A DNA stretch of 64,000 nt from Candidatus Poribacteria bacterium (GCA_963665845.2 OY762492.1:2304001-2368000), one strand, 5' to 3'. Shown: positions 50,173 to 59,507, counted from the stretch's first letter. Translations and numbers: made by a program. The notes: generated from the letters alone by a model not told the origin.

Positions 50173-50976
50173 ATGGACCCTGTTCACATCAATTCCGAAG
50201 GTTTGCCCGCCATCGAATTCACCGAGAGGCAAAAGTATCTGTTCGACATACACGGTTGGATCGCCGTCCCGGGCGTCCTGTCCAACGACGAGATCAAGGA
50301 GATGCGCGATTTCTGCTATGAACTGAAAAACAACCCGAACGGCTTGGAGCCGAAAGACCGCTCCTCCATCGGCGGACCGCTGCAGCGGCTCACCGACCAC
50401 CCTGTCGTCGTCGGCTTCATGAACGAGTTTGTGGCGCATATGCCGCTCGCGTCGCCGGACGGGTACGGGTTTCGTTTTGAAGGCAGCTTTTTGACAATCC
50501 GCTCCAATGGGCATGACAATTTCCGTCCGCACGGCGGAAATGGACTCATGCGTTTTCCCGGCAACCATCACACCTACTCCTGCGTCCCCGGCAAGGCGAA
50601 CAGCGGGCTGACGCGCGTTGTGTGGGAATTGAACCCTGTCAACAAAAACGAGGGCGGGACGCTCTTTTTGACGGGAAGCCATAAGGCGGTCTTCTCGGCG
50701 CCAGGGGACATCCAGGATCGAGACAGCGACCTGTGGGACAGCTACGCATGCCCCGCAGGCTCGGCGCTGTTCTTTACGGAGGCGATCACGCACACGGGCG
50801 CGCGCTGGGAGAACGCGGAGCGCGACCGCGTCGCCGTCTTCAACTGCTACAACACGATCGGCAGCAAGTGGCACAGCTGGCAACCGCATCCGGAGCTGGT
50901 CGCCGGCATGCCGAAAAAACGGCAATCGCTCTTTAGACCTGTACACTGTCAGGGGAATCGAATTGAAGCGGCTTAA
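50173..50976 (+). CDS. Phytanoyl-CoA dioxygenase (PhyH) family Fe(II)/2-oxoglutarate enzyme
   Basis: 'QKYLFDIHGW', 'GGTLFLTGSHK', 'AGSALFFTEAITH', conserved downstream Arg. Confidence 0.88.
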   Translation: MDPVHINSEGLPAIEFTERQKYLFDIHGWIAVPGVLSNDEIKEMRDFCYELKNNPNGLEPKDRSSIGGPLQRLTDHPVVVGFMNEFVAHMPLASPDGYGFRFEGSFLTIRSNGHDNFRPHGGNGLMRFPGNHHTYSCVPGKANSGLTRVVWELNPVNKNEGGTLFLTGSHKAVFSAPGDIQDRDSDLWDSYACPAGSALFFTEAITHTGARWENAERDRVAVFNCYNTIGSKWHSWQPHPELVAGMPKKRQSLFRPVHCQGNRIEAA

Positions 50977-51898
50977 TTTATTTGCATGCGCGTCGGCGTT
51001 TTTGTTGATCTTGACCTGCGCGGCGGCTGAAGAAGGCGTCGAAGGCGCGGCGCAGCCGGAAGGCGAATCGGGGGCGGAAAACCAAGCGGAAGGGGACTCC
51101 GAGGCGATGCGTCTGGCGGAAGGTTTCGACGACGCCTCCGCCGACGAGTTAAAACAGATGGCTCAACAGGCGCAGCGCGTGGGCCAATACAGCAAGGCGG
51201 CGGCGCTCTTAGAGAAGGCGGTTTGGAAAAACGGGACGGCGGAAAATTGGAACCTGCTCGGAGAGGCGTATTACGATCTGGAGCGGTACACCGAATCGTA
51301 CGAGGCGTTTCAAACCGCTCTGGAGATCGACCCGAAATACACGCGGGCGGTCGCCAATCTGGAGCTGGTGAAATGGGCTTTGCCGCAGCCCGGCTTTGAG
51401 GACAACATGCAGCAGCGGTTCTCCACGCCGAAAACGATTGGGGCGCAAATACTCGGCAGCTACTTCACCGGAACCGCGATGGGCGGATGGTTTCTCTTCA
51501 TCTCCTCGCTCGTCGGCTACAAGGAGCTGGACGATCAGCTGACGATCATGGCGTCCGGGCTTGTTTTGAGCTCCATGATGCGCGTTCCGGAGGTCGGCAA
51601 GCTGGTCAGCTTTGGGCATGGCGCTTCCAGAAGCGCGTTTGCGGGCGCGGTCCTGCCGCCGTTGATTGGCGCGCTGATTGTCAAGTTGAGCAATGAGAAC
51701 CCGACTCGGCGCGACCTGATACATGGGGCGCGCATCGGCGCGATCTTTTCGCCGCTCGGCTCCACGCTTGGATACCACCTTTCAACCTCCGGACTCTTCA
51801 GACGCTCCAGCTCCAGCTCAAGTTCAACCGCGCAACATACGCCGTTTGAGAGAACCGAATCACAGTTGTCGATAAAGTTCGCCCAGTTCTCCTTTTGA
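50963..51898 (+). CDS. Exported TPR protein with a hydrophobic, Gly-rich C-terminal region
   Basis: Signal-like N-terminus (TTG start); TPR 'WNLLGEAYYDLERY...FQTALEIDP'; several hydrophobic segments; ends in Phe. Confidence 0.75.
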   Translation: MKRLNLFACASAFLLILTCAAAEEGVEGAAQPEGESGAENQAEGDSEAMRLAEGFDDASADELKQMAQQAQRVGQYSKAAALLEKAVWKNGTAENWNLLGEAYYDLERYTESYEAFQTALEIDPKYTRAVANLELVKWALPQPGFEDNMQQRFSTPKTIGAQILGSYFTGTAMGGWFLFISSLVGYKELDDQLTIMASGLVLSSMMRVPEVGKLVSFGHGASRSAFAGAVLPPLIGALIVKLSNENPTRRDLIHGARIGAIFSPLGSTLGYHLSTSGLFRRSSSSSSSTAQHTPFERTESQLSIKFAQFSF

Positions 51899-51949
51899 AA
51901 AAAGGGGGATGGAGGTTTGAGCGCGCGGGTTGAAGTTGGTTTTGAACTA

Positions 51950-52139
51950 CTGACCTCATGCATGAAGTTGGGACATTTGAACTGACGATCGCTCTATTCA
52001 TGGGAAAAAGGCGTCGCCAACCAAACCGTCCCCCGCTTACGCGAGGGCATGCATTCCCGCGTAAGCGGGAATCTAGAGGCGCCTCAGAAGACGTCCGCGT
52101 TCGCCCGCCGCCATGTTCCAACTAAAGACGCGAGGTCAG
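51950..52139. mobile_element. 190-bp MITE with imperfect 27-bp terminal inverted repeats and an 18-bp flanking direct repeat
   Basis: Left end CTGACCTCATGCATGAAGTTGGGACAT; right end (reverse complement) CTGACCTCGCGTCTTTAGTTGGAACAT; GAAGTTGGTTTTGAACTA at 51932-51949 and 52140-52157. Confidence 0.85.
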
Positions 52140-52150
52140 GAAGTTGGTTT

Positions 52151-52295
52151 TGAACTAAGATTGAAGGATGATTAAGATTGCCAAGATAGGGGCTTACAGG
52201 AATTTCTTGGCAATCTTTCAATCCTGGCAATCCTAGTTCAGACGACAACTGCGGCTAAGATTCCCGCGCGTTTTACCGCAAGGGCGGGAATGGCG
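52151..52295. repeat. TGAACTAG element copy 3 (52151-52240) plus long-loop REP
   Basis: Closely matches the reverse complement of 47112-47228, including the linker. Confidence 0.85.
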
Positions 52296-52330
52296 ATCGG
52301 CGGTCGCGGTCATGGCGGCGGGGGGCGCTG

Positions 52331-53503
52331 TTAGCCTGTTTCGACGCGGTGTCGTTTGACAAACTCCTCATTCACCGTGACGCCCAGCCCCGGTCGGTCG
52401 GGTATTTCGATCTGTCCGTTTTCTACAGGAAAATCTTCATGGGCGAGGTCATGCAGCATCGGGTTGGCGCCTAAGGAGTATTCAAGGATCAACACATTCG
52501 GCGCGGCGGCTGCGATCTGCAGCCCGGCGGCGAACATGAGCGCGCCCCCCCACAGATGCGGCGCCAGCGGTATCTGATACGCCGAGCCGAGCGCCGCGAT
52601 GCGCATCGCTTCCGTCACGCCGCCGCAGATGGCGAGGTCGGGCTGAAAAATATCGACCGCCCGCTGATCAGCCAGGTCGCGGAAGTCGAAGCGGGTGAAT
52701 TCGCTTTCGCCGGCGGCGATCGGTATGTCGGTGGAGGCGCGCACCTCGGCGCAGCCCGCCTTGTCGTCCGCGACGACAGGCTCCTCAAACCAGGCGATGT
52801 TCGCGTCCGCGGCTTCTCTGCAGAAACGCTTGGCGCCGGCGACGCTGAAGGTGCCATGCGCGTCGGCCATGATGTCGATTCGGCTGCCGAGCGCGCCGCG
52901 CGCCGCATAGACGCGGGCGACCGAGTCTTCCACCCGTCCGTCCGCGATGCCGATGCGCATTTTGACCGCGTCAAATCCGCCCGCTTCCACATAGCTGAGC
53001 AGCTGCTCTCCGATGGTTTCAACGGGCGCCCAGCCGCCGGAGGCGTAGGCGCGCATCCTGTCGCGGCATTTTCCGCCGAGGAGCTGCCAAACCGGCGCGT
53101 TGAGCGATCTGCCGAGTATGTCCCAGAGAGCCATGTCGATGCCGCTCATCGCCGAGACGGTCGCGCCGCGCCTGCCGAGTATCGGAAAGACGCGCCCCTC
53201 GTCCAGCGCGTAATGCGCGCGCGTTCCGTTATACATCAGCTCCCATAGGCGCGCTGGATTCCGCGGGTCCTCCCCAATCACAATCGGCGCCAGCTCCTTC
53301 TCTACGGCCGTTACGAGCGCGTGGTAGACGCCGGAGCTGCCGACCGCCGCCTTCGACTCGCCGTAGCCGACAAGCCCGCATTCGGTTTCAACGCGCACAA
53401 GGGTCGTGTCGAAGGAGGCGATTCTGCCAAAATCGCTCACATGCTGCTTCTCATACGGTATCGGTACATGGAGCCACTCGGCGGATACGGACGCGATTTT
53501 CAT
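52331..53503 (-). CDS. Mandelate racemase / muconate lactonizing (enolase superfamily) enzyme
   Basis: 'AMSGIDMALWDILG', 'KMR', 'MADAH', 'WFEEP', 'AAGES', 'QPD', 'APH'. Confidence 0.93.
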   Translation of the reverse strand: MKIASVSAEWLHVPIPYEKQHVSDFGRIASFDTTLVRVETECGLVGYGESKAAVGSSGVYHALVTAVEKELAPIVIGEDPRNPARLWELMYNGTRAHYALDEGRVFPILGRRGATVSAMSGIDMALWDILGRSLNAPVWQLLGGKCRDRMRAYASGGWAPVETIGEQLLSYVEAGGFDAVKMRIGIADGRVEDSVARVYAARGALGSRIDIMADAHGTFSVAGAKRFCREAADANIAWFEEPVVADDKAGCAEVRASTDIPIAAGESEFTRFDFRDLADQRAVDIFQPDLAICGGVTEAMRIAALGSAYQIPLAPHLWGGALMFAAGLQIAAAAPNVLILEYSLGANPMLHDLAHEDFPVENGQIEIPDRPGLGVTVNEEFVKRHRVETG

Positions 53504-53583
53504 ACGGACGCCTCTATGGATGACGCTTGAACGGGAGGCTTATGTTACCGCCTGCGGAATGTAAGCGCAAGAGAGACGCGCTT

Positions 53584-53898
53584 GGCAGTACCTACAGGCG
53601 ATGTCATTCATTTTTGCGCGACAGCCCGTTGATCCAGGCCGTCATTCCCGCGTAAGCGGGAATCCAGAGGCGCCGCAGGCCCCGTCCGCGTTCAACATTC
53701 GGTGTCAACCCCCGCTGCCGTCTGAACTAGGACTGCCAGGATTGAAAGATTAACATGAGGTTTGCGAAAACCGAGACGCCGCCTGCGATATGCTGCATTT
53801 CCTAATCCTGTAAATCTTATCCATCTTGAAAATCCTAGTTCAAAACAAGCGCAACCGGCGCGCCAAACCCCCCTAGCCCCCTTTTCAAGGGGGGAATC
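53584..53898. repeat. Composite repeat: MITE-A end, REP (53640-53664), TGAACTAG element copy 4 (53723-53842) and CCCCCTT...AAGGGGG palindrome
   Basis: GGCAGTACCTACAGGCGATG at 53584; same module order as 47112-47286. Confidence 0.8.
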
Positions 53899-53908
53899 GA
53901 ACGCCGCG

Positions 53909-55729
53909 TTAAAAATGGTGGCCTGTGCCGAAGTGAAGGCGCCAGCCGGGAGAGGGCGGGTCGAAGCCGTAGGCGGCGTCCACGCGCAGGACGGGCGCGC
54001 GCGCAATCCGTCGGACGCCGATGCGCAGCCCGAATCCGACGCTGCGGGCGGGATCGTTCCATGACGGCGAATCGCGCCAGATGAAGCCATGATCGTAAAA
54101 CAGCGCGCCCATCGCCGCAAAAAACCGATGCTCCCAGACCGTCTGCCGCGCCTCAATGTTCAATATGATCTTGCGCTGACCGTCCAGCGCGCGGGAGCCG
54201 TAGCCCCGTATGCCGAACTCGCCGCCGAGGAGCAGGTTCGTCTCTCGGCGGGGGCGGAAGCGCGACTCGTACTGCGCGCGGAGGACCGCCATTCTCGATG
54301 AGCCGCGCCGAAGAAACAGCCGCGTATAAACGAGAGCCGACGCATCCTCCAGACGGGCGGATTCGAAAAGATAAGAACCTTCCGCCAACAACGCGCCTTG
54401 CCACAGAGTTTCCCGCCCGATCGGCGCCGATATGCGGTATGACAGCGACGGGCGCAGTTCGTTCAGGTCGTTTGAAAGCGCCGTCAGACCGACGCCGGCG
54501 CCGACATTGAGCGAATGCCCCAGCGCGATGTCCTCCACATTTCCCATCCTGTCCAGATTGCGGTATTGACGAAAGCGGATGGAGCGGGCTGACAACCGTC
54601 CGCCGATGAGCGCATGGGTGGCGCGCGGTTCCTGCCGCTCGTCCTGCCGCACTTCTGGCAGCGTCAGGCGCGAGTCTTCAATGCCGCGGCGGAGCCATAC
54701 TGTTGTCAAAAGCCGTCGATTCGGCTTCCCGAACGCTCTTGTCAGGCTCGCCGCTTGACCTTTTAAGTGGCGTTCCCGCTGCCGAAGAAGAACGCCGTTC
54801 TCTCGGTAGTCGCTCAAACGGCCGAAGTCGTAGGCGGACAGCGACGCCGCCCAGTTTGCCCGAAGCGAGTAGAACGGAAGCGAAAGCGACGCCTCCCAGG
54901 CGTCAATGTCGGTGAGCGGCTGCTGCAGGTACTGCGCCGAGAATTCCCATCGGCTTCCAAAAAGGTTCGGATCGCTCATCTCTATTCCGGTGCGGCTTCG
55001 CCCGCCTTCGACGCGCCCCGTTTCGTTGTTGAACCTTTTGGCGTCCCATCGGTATTGAAACCTCCACCGCTGCCCGCTGCCGAGAAAGTTGGAGTCGGTG
55101 AGGTTCATTAAAAAGCCGATTTCGCCGCGCAAGAAGCCTTTGAGCGTTGTGCCGCTTCCGGTGTCGACCAGGCGGAAGCGCGGCACCAGCCCCCATAGCT
55201 CCTCGATCGTCACGATCGCTTTGACGCGGTTGGTCTGGGGGTCCGCTTCCGCCTTTATGCTCGCGGCGCCGATGTACGGCTTGTCGCGCAAGATGCGTTC
55301 GCTTTCTTGCCTGTCCGCTTCAAAGTACACTTTTCCGGGTTTCAGCAGCAGCTGGCTCCGGATGACCTCCTCGCGCGTATGCGCCGCGCCGCGCACTTCG
55401 ATTTCATCCAGAACGCCTTCGTCCATGCGCACGGTCGCGTGGTAGCCGGGCGACCTGCCGCGCAGCAGGCGCGTTTTGACAGGCGCGGCGCGCGCGAACC
55501 GGTAACCGTTCTCTCGGTAACGGCGCACAATGCCGTCAACGGCGGCTTGCAGCTGCGCCTTGTCATAGGGCTGATCGCTCAATTTTGCCGTCGTCTCTCG
55601 AAATTCAGACAGATAGGCGCGGAAACCAAACAGGGTGACGCTCTTCAACGGGTAGCCCGGCGCCTCCGCGTATAAAGCGGTTTGAAACGCCGCTGTCAGC
55701 GCCGCGCACAGAAGGAGCCGCCGAATCAA
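53909..55729 (-). CDS. Omp85 (BamA/TamA-like) outer-membrane protein with about two POTRA domains
   Basis: Signal peptide; POTRA-like 'YRENGY', 'IEVRG..HTREEVIRSQL'; 'DSNFLGSGQ', 'DPNLFG', 'LGG..GIRGY', 'FYD.G', 'VGFGLR'; C-terminal Phe. Confidence 0.85.
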   Translation of the reverse strand: MIRRLLLCAALTAAFQTALYAEAPGYPLKSVTLFGFRAYLSEFRETTAKLSDQPYDKAQLQAAVDGIVRRYRENGYRFARAAPVKTRLLRGRSPGYHATVRMDEGVLDEIEVRGAAHTREEVIRSQLLLKPGKVYFEADRQESERILRDKPYIGAASIKAEADPQTNRVKAIVTIEELWGLVPRFRLVDTGSGTTLKGFLRGEIGFLMNLTDSNFLGSGQRWRFQYRWDAKRFNNETGRVEGGRSRTGIEMSDPNLFGSRWEFSAQYLQQPLTDIDAWEASLSLPFYSLRANWAASLSAYDFGRLSDYRENGVLLRQRERHLKGQAASLTRAFGKPNRRLLTTVWLRRGIEDSRLTLPEVRQDERQEPRATHALIGGRLSARSIRFRQYRNLDRMGNVEDIALGHSLNVGAGVGLTALSNDLNELRPSLSYRISAPIGRETLWQGALLAEGSYLFESARLEDASALVYTRLFLRRGSSRMAVLRAQYESRFRPRRETNLLLGGEFGIRGYGSRALDGQRKIILNIEARQTVWEHRFFAAMGALFYDHGFIWRDSPSWNDPARSVGFGLRIGVRRIARAPVLRVDAAYGFDPPSPGWRLHFGTGHHF

Positions 55730-55851
55730 ACCTCCGCTCCCATTTGCTCATTCATCTCCCGCATGTGTCAACGCCGCAAAGGGCATGGTTGACGAGGCGG
55801 TACGCTTATACGGAGGTTTTCATTTTAATCCTAAGCGTCCGCGTCGCCTGT

Positions 55852-55876
55852 CGTCATTCCCGCGTAAGCGGGAATC
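55852..55876 (+). repeat. CGTC-type REP palindrome
   Basis: cgtcattcccgcgtaagcgggaatc. Confidence 0.9.
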
Positions 55877-56055
55877 TTAAAAGGCGCATCTCTCGATTAA
55901 AAGCCATCGCCGTGAATAACTCCGTTTGAGCGTACCGCCGTTGATGACATCAGCTTGATTAATCGGAATCGATACGTTACATTATACCAGTATGCGAGGG
56001 CGGATAGAAACGCCCGTACGGTTCAGCAGCAAACTTGTCTCGGAGACGTTTCGCC

Positions 56056-57978
56056 ATGATGGGATTTTTTCGCTCAAAACTGTTCAAAGGCATTATCATG
56101 TGGGTCATGGCGATCGTATTCGCCGCGATGTTTGGACTGGTCGTCGCGGGAGTCGATCCCAGCGCCATGTTCGGAGGCGGCGCGCCATGGGTACTCAAGG
56201 TGAACGGAGAAAAGGTGGACGCGCAGTCGTACCAAAACGCGCTCCGCATCGTATCGAGCCGGCAGCAGATGCGGAACCAAAGCGACGTGGATCTGCATGC
56301 GATCGCGTCCGACGACATCATACGCGGTATGCTTTACATGTCTAAGGCGCGCGAACTCGAGACGTCGCTGGACCTCTCCTCCATCAAGCGCGCCGTCTCC
56401 CGAAGCCCTGAAATCGGCGCCGACTATGAGCGGTATGGGTACCTGCCGGAGGCGGCGCGGCTGGAAACGATATGGAGAGAGCGCGCCTACAACAGCGTCG
56501 ACCTGTTGATGAATCAGCTCCCTGTCGTTTCGCCGAAGGAGATTGAGGCGGATTATCTTGAAAAGGAATCGAAGGCGATTCTGCGGTATGCAACCTTTGC
56601 CTACCAAGATTATGCTTCCAACATTGAAATTTCTGATGGAGAGGCGAAGGCGTATTACGACGCCAACCCCGACATGTTCTGGCAGGGCGACGCGGTCAAC
56701 CTTGAGTTTGTGAAGCTGAACATCGCCTTGGCGCCTGTTGACGTGACCGAGGAGGATGTTGCCGACTACTATGAACGGCGCAAGTCCGATTTTCCCGATC
56801 GGCAGAGATGGGCGCGCCATATTCTCCTGAAAGACGAGGAGGACACGCCCGAAGCGCGCGCCGCCACCGACAAGAAAGCGCAGGAGCTGCTTGAACAAGC
56901 AAAGGCGGAGGGAGCCGATTTTGCCGCAATGGCGCGGGAGCATTCCACAGACAAGGGAACCGCCCCTCTCGGCGGCGACCTCGGCTGGTTTGACGAGAAG
57001 AGGATGGTGCCGGAATTCACTGAAGCCGCCTTCGCCCTCACCGAAAAAGGGGAACTGAGCGAGCCTGTGCGCTCCACGTTCGGCGTACATATCATCCAGC
57101 TGGAAGAAGCGCGCGAGTACAAGCCGCTTGAAGAGGTACAGAACGAAATTCGCGCCGCTATCCGAACGGCGAGGCAGTCGGACAAGGCGCGGGAAGACAT
57201 CCAAGAGCTGTATTTTGAGATCGACTCGGCGGGCGGACCGGATGAAGCGCTCCAGAAGGAGCAGTTCACGCCGTATAACGCGGTCTTGACGACAACAGGC
57301 TTTTTCTCGCGTTACGATACGTTCGGCGGCGATCTGGACGCGGCGTTTCGCAACTCCGATGTGAACCGAGCCGTTTTTCTCGCGCCGCTTGAACAATGGA
57401 GCGAACCGATACAGGTTGTCGAATGGAATACGCTGCAAAGCTATCTGCTCATTCGGGTCAACGAAAAACGAAGCGAAGGCGTCCAGCCGTTCGACGAGGC
57501 GAGGGAGGACATTGAAACGATACTGAAGGCGCAGAAAGCGCGCCAGCTCGCCAGAGCCGCCGCCGAGACGCTGTACGCGCAGCTGGAGGAGGGGGACACG
57601 TTGGACGGCCTTGTCGAAAAATACAGCCCCGGCGAGAACGACCCCGCCGAGCTGACGCCCGAAGACACCGACGAGTTCTCCGCCAACCTGAGCGGAAATA
57701 TCAGCGGCATCGGCGTCAGCAGGGAGGCGATGGCCGCCGCGTTCCGCATGACCGAAGGGCAGATTCAGGGCATCTTCGAAGGCGAAAACGGCGCGTTCAT
57801 CATCGAGATGAAACAGAAAACAGACGCGAACCTAGAGGACATGACCGACGAAAAACGGCAGGAAATACGGCGGCGCCTTCTCGCCGCCAAGCAGCATTAC
57901 GCCCGCATGTCATGGTACCAAGATGTGTGGAACGAAGCGAACATCGAATACAACGCGAAGGCGCTGGAAGATTATTGA
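56056..57978 (+). CDS. ppiD: PpiD-like membrane-anchored chaperone / parvulin PPIase
   Basis: N-terminal TM then 'VNGEKV'; rotamase 'ARHILL...DFAAMAREHSTD...GGDLGWF...MVPEF..AAF...STFGVHII'; about 640 aa. Confidence 0.8.
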   Translation: MMGFFRSKLFKGIIMWVMAIVFAAMFGLVVAGVDPSAMFGGGAPWVLKVNGEKVDAQSYQNALRIVSSRQQMRNQSDVDLHAIASDDIIRGMLYMSKARELETSLDLSSIKRAVSRSPEIGADYERYGYLPEAARLETIWRERAYNSVDLLMNQLPVVSPKEIEADYLEKESKAILRYATFAYQDYASNIEISDGEAKAYYDANPDMFWQGDAVNLEFVKLNIALAPVDVTEEDVADYYERRKSDFPDRQRWARHILLKDEEDTPEARAATDKKAQELLEQAKAEGADFAAMAREHSTDKGTAPLGGDLGWFDEKRMVPEFTEAAFALTEKGELSEPVRSTFGVHIIQLEEAREYKPLEEVQNEIRAAIRTARQSDKAREDIQELYFEIDSAGGPDEALQKEQFTPYNAVLTTTGFFSRYDTFGGDLDAAFRNSDVNRAVFLAPLEQWSEPIQVVEWNTLQSYLLIRVNEKRSEGVQPFDEAREDIETILKAQKARQLARAAAETLYAQLEEGDTLDGLVEKYSPGENDPAELTPEDTDEFSANLSGNISGIGVSREAMAAAFRMTEGQIQGIFEGENGAFIIEMKQKTDANLEDMTDEKRQEIRRRLLAAKQHYARMSWYQDVWNEANIEYNAKALEDY

Positions 57979-57993
57979 GGAGAGGAACCGACC

Positions 57994-58824
57994 ATGGCGG
58001 CGATTGAGCTGGAAGACGAATTTGGCGACATCATCGGAAAGGCGCGGATGGGGCTAAGGCGCTCGCTGGAAGAAACGGCGAACGACGCCGGGTTGCCGAC
58101 CAATCTGCTGCGCGACTTTGAAAATTACGAACGCAGCCCCAACCGAGACGAAACGGACAAGGTCGCGTCCGCGCTCCAGCTGGACGGCGAACGGCTATGG
58201 GCGATCGCGTCCGGCAAATGGGCGCCGGACGAGGAGCCTGAAGACGCCGATCCCGACGCGCGCGTTCTACGGCTCATGAACTATGTCGGCGGTTGGCCCG
58301 TCTTCTCCTTCATACTGGTCTGCAAAAAAACGAACGCATGCGCCGTCGTTGACACCGCCGCGCATCCTGAACAGATCATCGAAACGGTGGAACGGGAAGA
58401 GCTGAACCCGTCGCTGATATTGCTGACGCATGGGCATGCCGACCATGTGGAAGGCGTTGACGCGCTTCAAAAGCGGTTCCAGGTTCCGGTCGTCATGGGG
58501 GAAGATATGAGGGCGCCGCGCAATCTCGGCGAGACAGGGCGTCTAGCGGAAGGCGGCGCGGTCCAGGTCGGAGAGCTGACGGTCAAAATGATGAAGACGC
58601 CGGGGCATTCGGAAGGGTGCGTCACGTTTTTATGCGGCTCGCTGGCGCTCATCGGGGACGTCATCTTCTCTGGGTCGATCGGCAAACCGAACCGCTCCTA
58701 TGAACAGAGCCGCGCCTCGGCGGCAAAACTGCTCGCGCTGCCGGACAACACGCGGCTTTACCCCGGACACGGTCCTTCGACGACCGTCGGGGAAGAGAAG
58801 GCGCATAATCCGTTTTTTGCTTAG
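57994..58824 (+). CDS. MBL-fold metallo-hydrolase with an N-terminal HTH-like extension
   Basis: 'THGHADH', 'TPGH', 'GD.IF', 'PGHGP.TT...E...NPF'; N-terminal 'IIGKARMG...LEETA...L..FE' resembles an XRE HTH. Confidence 0.88.
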   Translation: MAAIELEDEFGDIIGKARMGLRRSLEETANDAGLPTNLLRDFENYERSPNRDETDKVASALQLDGERLWAIASGKWAPDEEPEDADPDARVLRLMNYVGGWPVFSFILVCKKTNACAVVDTAAHPEQIIETVEREELNPSLILLTHGHADHVEGVDALQKRFQVPVVMGEDMRAPRNLGETGRLAEGGAVQVGELTVKMMKTPGHSEGCVTFLCGSLALIGDVIFSGSIGKPNRSYEQSRASAAKLLALPDNTRLYPGHGPSTTVGEEKAHNPFFA

Positions 58825-58829
58825 CGCCC

Positions 58830-58967
58830 TTCTCGTTCCACGTTTTCACGGGGACATGCATTCCCGCGCGTTATACCGCATGGGCGGAAATCCAGAGTTT
58901 TCCCACACAGCCTACGCATTCCAAAACGGCTCTCCAAAATCAAAATCATTGTCTATAGAGACTTCCG
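58830..58967. repeat. Degenerate nested REP plus a MITE-A arm
   Basis: The reverse complement of 58890-58967 matches 39066-39141 (GG.AGTCTCTATAG.C.ATGA...GGGAAAACTCTGGA). Confidence 0.75.
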
Positions 58968-58998
58968 CCTCGCGGACGCCGGACGAAAGAACGCGCCG

Positions 58999-59394
58999 CT
59001 ATACTTCGCTGTCGGCGTCCGTTAGCATGGCGGCGATTTCGTCGGGCATCTTGATGCCGGTCTTCTGCTCAAAGTGGGCGACGTTCTCGTAGTCGTTATG
59101 GAATGAAGCGACGATATCGGATCCCATGTCTCTGGCTGTCGTCAGATCGGATTTGGCTTTATCCCAGCCTTCTTTATGCAACCATGCTGCGCCGCGATTG
59201 ATATAGGCTTGGGCGTAATTTGGATCCAGCTTTATCGCTTTGTCGTAGTCTGGAATAGCGTTGGTCCATTCGCGCATTTTGGAGTAGACTAGCCCGCGAT
59301 TGTAATATGCGGCTGCTTGATCAGGCCTGATCTTGATCGCTTCGGTAAAATAATACACAGCCTTTTCATAATCTTTATTGATTTTCGCGGTCAT
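58999..59394 (-). CDS. Small TPR-repeat protein
   Basis: 'AYYNRGLVY...AIPDYDKAIKLDPNYAQAYINRG'; GAGGAG RBS upstream; lower GC than its flanks. Confidence 0.88.
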   Translation of the reverse strand: MTAKINKDYEKAVYYFTEAIKIRPDQAAAYYNRGLVYSKMREWTNAIPDYDKAIKLDPNYAQAYINRGAAWLHKEGWDKAKSDLTTARDMGSDIVASFHNDYENVAHFEQKTGIKMPDEIAAMLTDADSEV

Positions 59395-59468
59395 TTACCC
59401 GTCTCCTCTGTTGCTGTGGGCAACAGCTCTATAGAAATCCGTAGGCTGCGTTTCTACCGCATTTGAAT

Positions 59469-59497
59469 AATATAATGCATCCGCCGGCGAACGTCAA
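59469..59497 (-). promoter_or_regulatory. Near-consensus sigma70 promoter for the TPR gene
   Basis: On the minus strand: TTGACG-N17-TATATT. Confidence 0.6.
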
Positions 59498-59507
59498 CCC
59501 TGAATGT

